Assembly: GCA_950097015.1 (NCBI GenBank)
Contig: CATNEN010000039.1
Span: 434,001-498,000, forward strand
Length of the DNA stretch: 64,000 nt
Reading direction: 5' to 3'
From: Macrostomum hystrix
Taxonomy: Eukaryota; Animalia; Platyhelminthes
Shown: positions 62,615-64,000 of the stretch, piece after piece
How the letters are laid out: each line of letters opens with the position of its first letter
Numbering within the stretch: position 1 is the first letter of the stretch
Notes under the pieces: model-generated
What the model saw: the letters and a program-made list of their open reading frames with translations, nothing else
Told to the model about the DNA's origin: nothing
The model's database searches: none
Made by a program: the position numbers and the translations under genes

Positions 62615-63538
62615 TCAGTTGGCCCGCGTGTTCAGCCGTCCGAAGCCGGTGGAACCAGCGGCTGCGAGAGCCTCTGCAGGGCTCTTGTGACTCATGAGGT
62701 CTGCCATCATCTGCTCTAAATTGTCGCGACTGTCCTCATCAGCCAGTTGTTGCTGCTGCTGCTGCTTCTGCTGTGGCTGCGACAGGCTCGCTGGAGCAAT
62801 TTCCAAGCCACGTATCATCTGCTTCACCGGCGTGAAGTCCGGCCAGCCACCCGCACCAGACCCGGCGCAAGCGGCTGCGCTTCCGCATGCGCCACCGGAG
62901 AGGCGAGGGTCTGGCAGCTCGGAGGCGCGAAGGTGCTGTGGCGGCGACATGAACGAGCCCAGCAAAGCAGCGGTAGCTGCCGCCGAGGTGCTGACTAAGA
63001 GCGGCGGTTGCGGCTGTGTCGGCTGGGCCTGGAACGCGCCAGACAGTGAGGTGGGTGACAGCTCGCAGGCCAGGTCGCAGGAGGCGGATGGCACAGGCTG
63101 CAGCTGGTCGCGGGCAAGCTCTTGGAGGATCTCCTCGTGGGAGAGCGCGGGCTCGGTGGAGTAGGCGGTCTGGTAGGCCAGGCGGGCCACGAAGTCACTG
63201 CACAGCAGGACAGTGGCGCGCTGGTTGCGACCTCGGGTCTGGCACACGTAGGACACGGCGGAGATGAGCGAGGCCAGGGAGGGGTAGCCGTAGTTGGAGG
63301 GCCGCAGCGGCACCCCGAAGTAGCGCTCGTAGTCTGGCTCGAGCTGGCTGAAGGAAATGCGACCCTGGTTGGCCTGCAAGAGGGAGCTGAGATCGCGGGC
63401 GAACAGCACCAGCGGGCGCAGGGCAATGCGCTGCCGGCCTGGGCACAGAGGGTCGGTCGACACAGTCAGGATGTCCGAGAGCTCGCGTTGCACCCAATCC
63501 AAGTTCAGAGGAGTGCGATAGGCGCGCAGGAAGTCATC
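62615..63538 (-). CDS. MARF1: Last coding exon of a MARF1/Limkain-b1-like LOTUS (OST-HTH) domain protein; the gene continues beyond the window
   Basis: LVLFARDLSSLL...YERYFG.PLRPSNYGYPSLASLISAV..V...RG......V.L resembles the last MARF1 LOTUS domain; acceptor ccgcccag at 63540-63539. Confidence 0.75.
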   Translation of the reverse strand, partial: DDFLRAYRTPLNLDWVQRELSDILTVSTDPLCPGRQRIALRPLVLFARDLSSLLQANQGRISFSQLEPDYERYFGVPLRPSNYGYPSLASLISAVSYVCQTRGRNQRATVLLCSDFVARLAYQTAYSTEPALSHEEILQELARDQLQPVPSASCDLACELSPTSLSGAFQAQPTQPQPPLLVSTSAAATAALLGSFMSPPQHLRASELPDPRLSGGACGSAAACAGSGAGGWPDFTPVKQMIRGLEIAPASLSQPQQKQQQQQQLADEDSRDNLEQMMADLMSHKSPAEALAAAGSTGFGRLNTRAN

Positions 63539-64000
63539 CTGGGCGGTTGGGATGAAATTTTTTTGAGCACTGTGAGCGATACCTGAGCTTTCGAAGCTCA
63601 CGTATATGGCTACGAGCTTACGAGTGGATTGCAGAGCAATGGAGGGAGCAGCAGGCTGGCAGAACTGACTATAACAAAGGCTTTGGAATGCAAAGGAATG
63701 GGAGGGAAATAAAGGAGGAATAGCTGAGAATGACTACACTGGCAGCAGAGGCAGCGAAGGAGCAGATAAAGTGCAGAAGAGAAGTTGGAGACAGAAAATA
63801 TGGGCCGCATCAATAATGAGAAAGATGTCGGAATAGTTATCTTTCTTCAGGATCATATAAATCAATACCACGGGATTTGAAAGGCTTTGTAGAGGAGGAA
63901 AAACCAAGGGAACGCAAATATGAATATTGAAAAAAGCGAGCACTCGAAAAGAAATTAAACAGTGGTTTACAATATTTCATCGAATCAATTAATAACCCCA

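Overview
This is eukaryotic (animal) genomic DNA with GT-AG spliced genes, GC-rich exons, AT-rich introns and many locus-specific minisatellites. The style resembles the flatworm Macrostomum, which is an inference and not shown by the sequence. Host genes: ADH5 (-), an HMG-box gene (+), PSMA2 (+), a DD3-3-like gene (+), Smaug/SAMD4 (-), an LRR transmembrane gene (-), an Ig-domain transmembrane gene (+), a Cys-loop anion channel (-) and the last exon of a MARF1-like gene (-). Between ADH5 and the HMG gene is a transposon nest: a 9,049-bp full-length Ty3/Gypsy element with apparently identical 619-bp LTRs and a CGAA target-site duplication, a foldback element with a 9-bp TSD, an internally deleted Helitron and a second long-TIR element. 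The most unusual system is the Gypsy element. It carries a non-env third ORF behind its own CCAAT/TATA internal promoter, three extra copies of its polypurine tract written into the integrase tail, a -1 frameshift signal and an in-frame TAA between protease and RT. Also notable are two intronic minisatellites built from duplicated splice sites and a candidate trans-spliced operon (HMG-PSMA2-DD3-3). All alignments and family assignments were made by eye.
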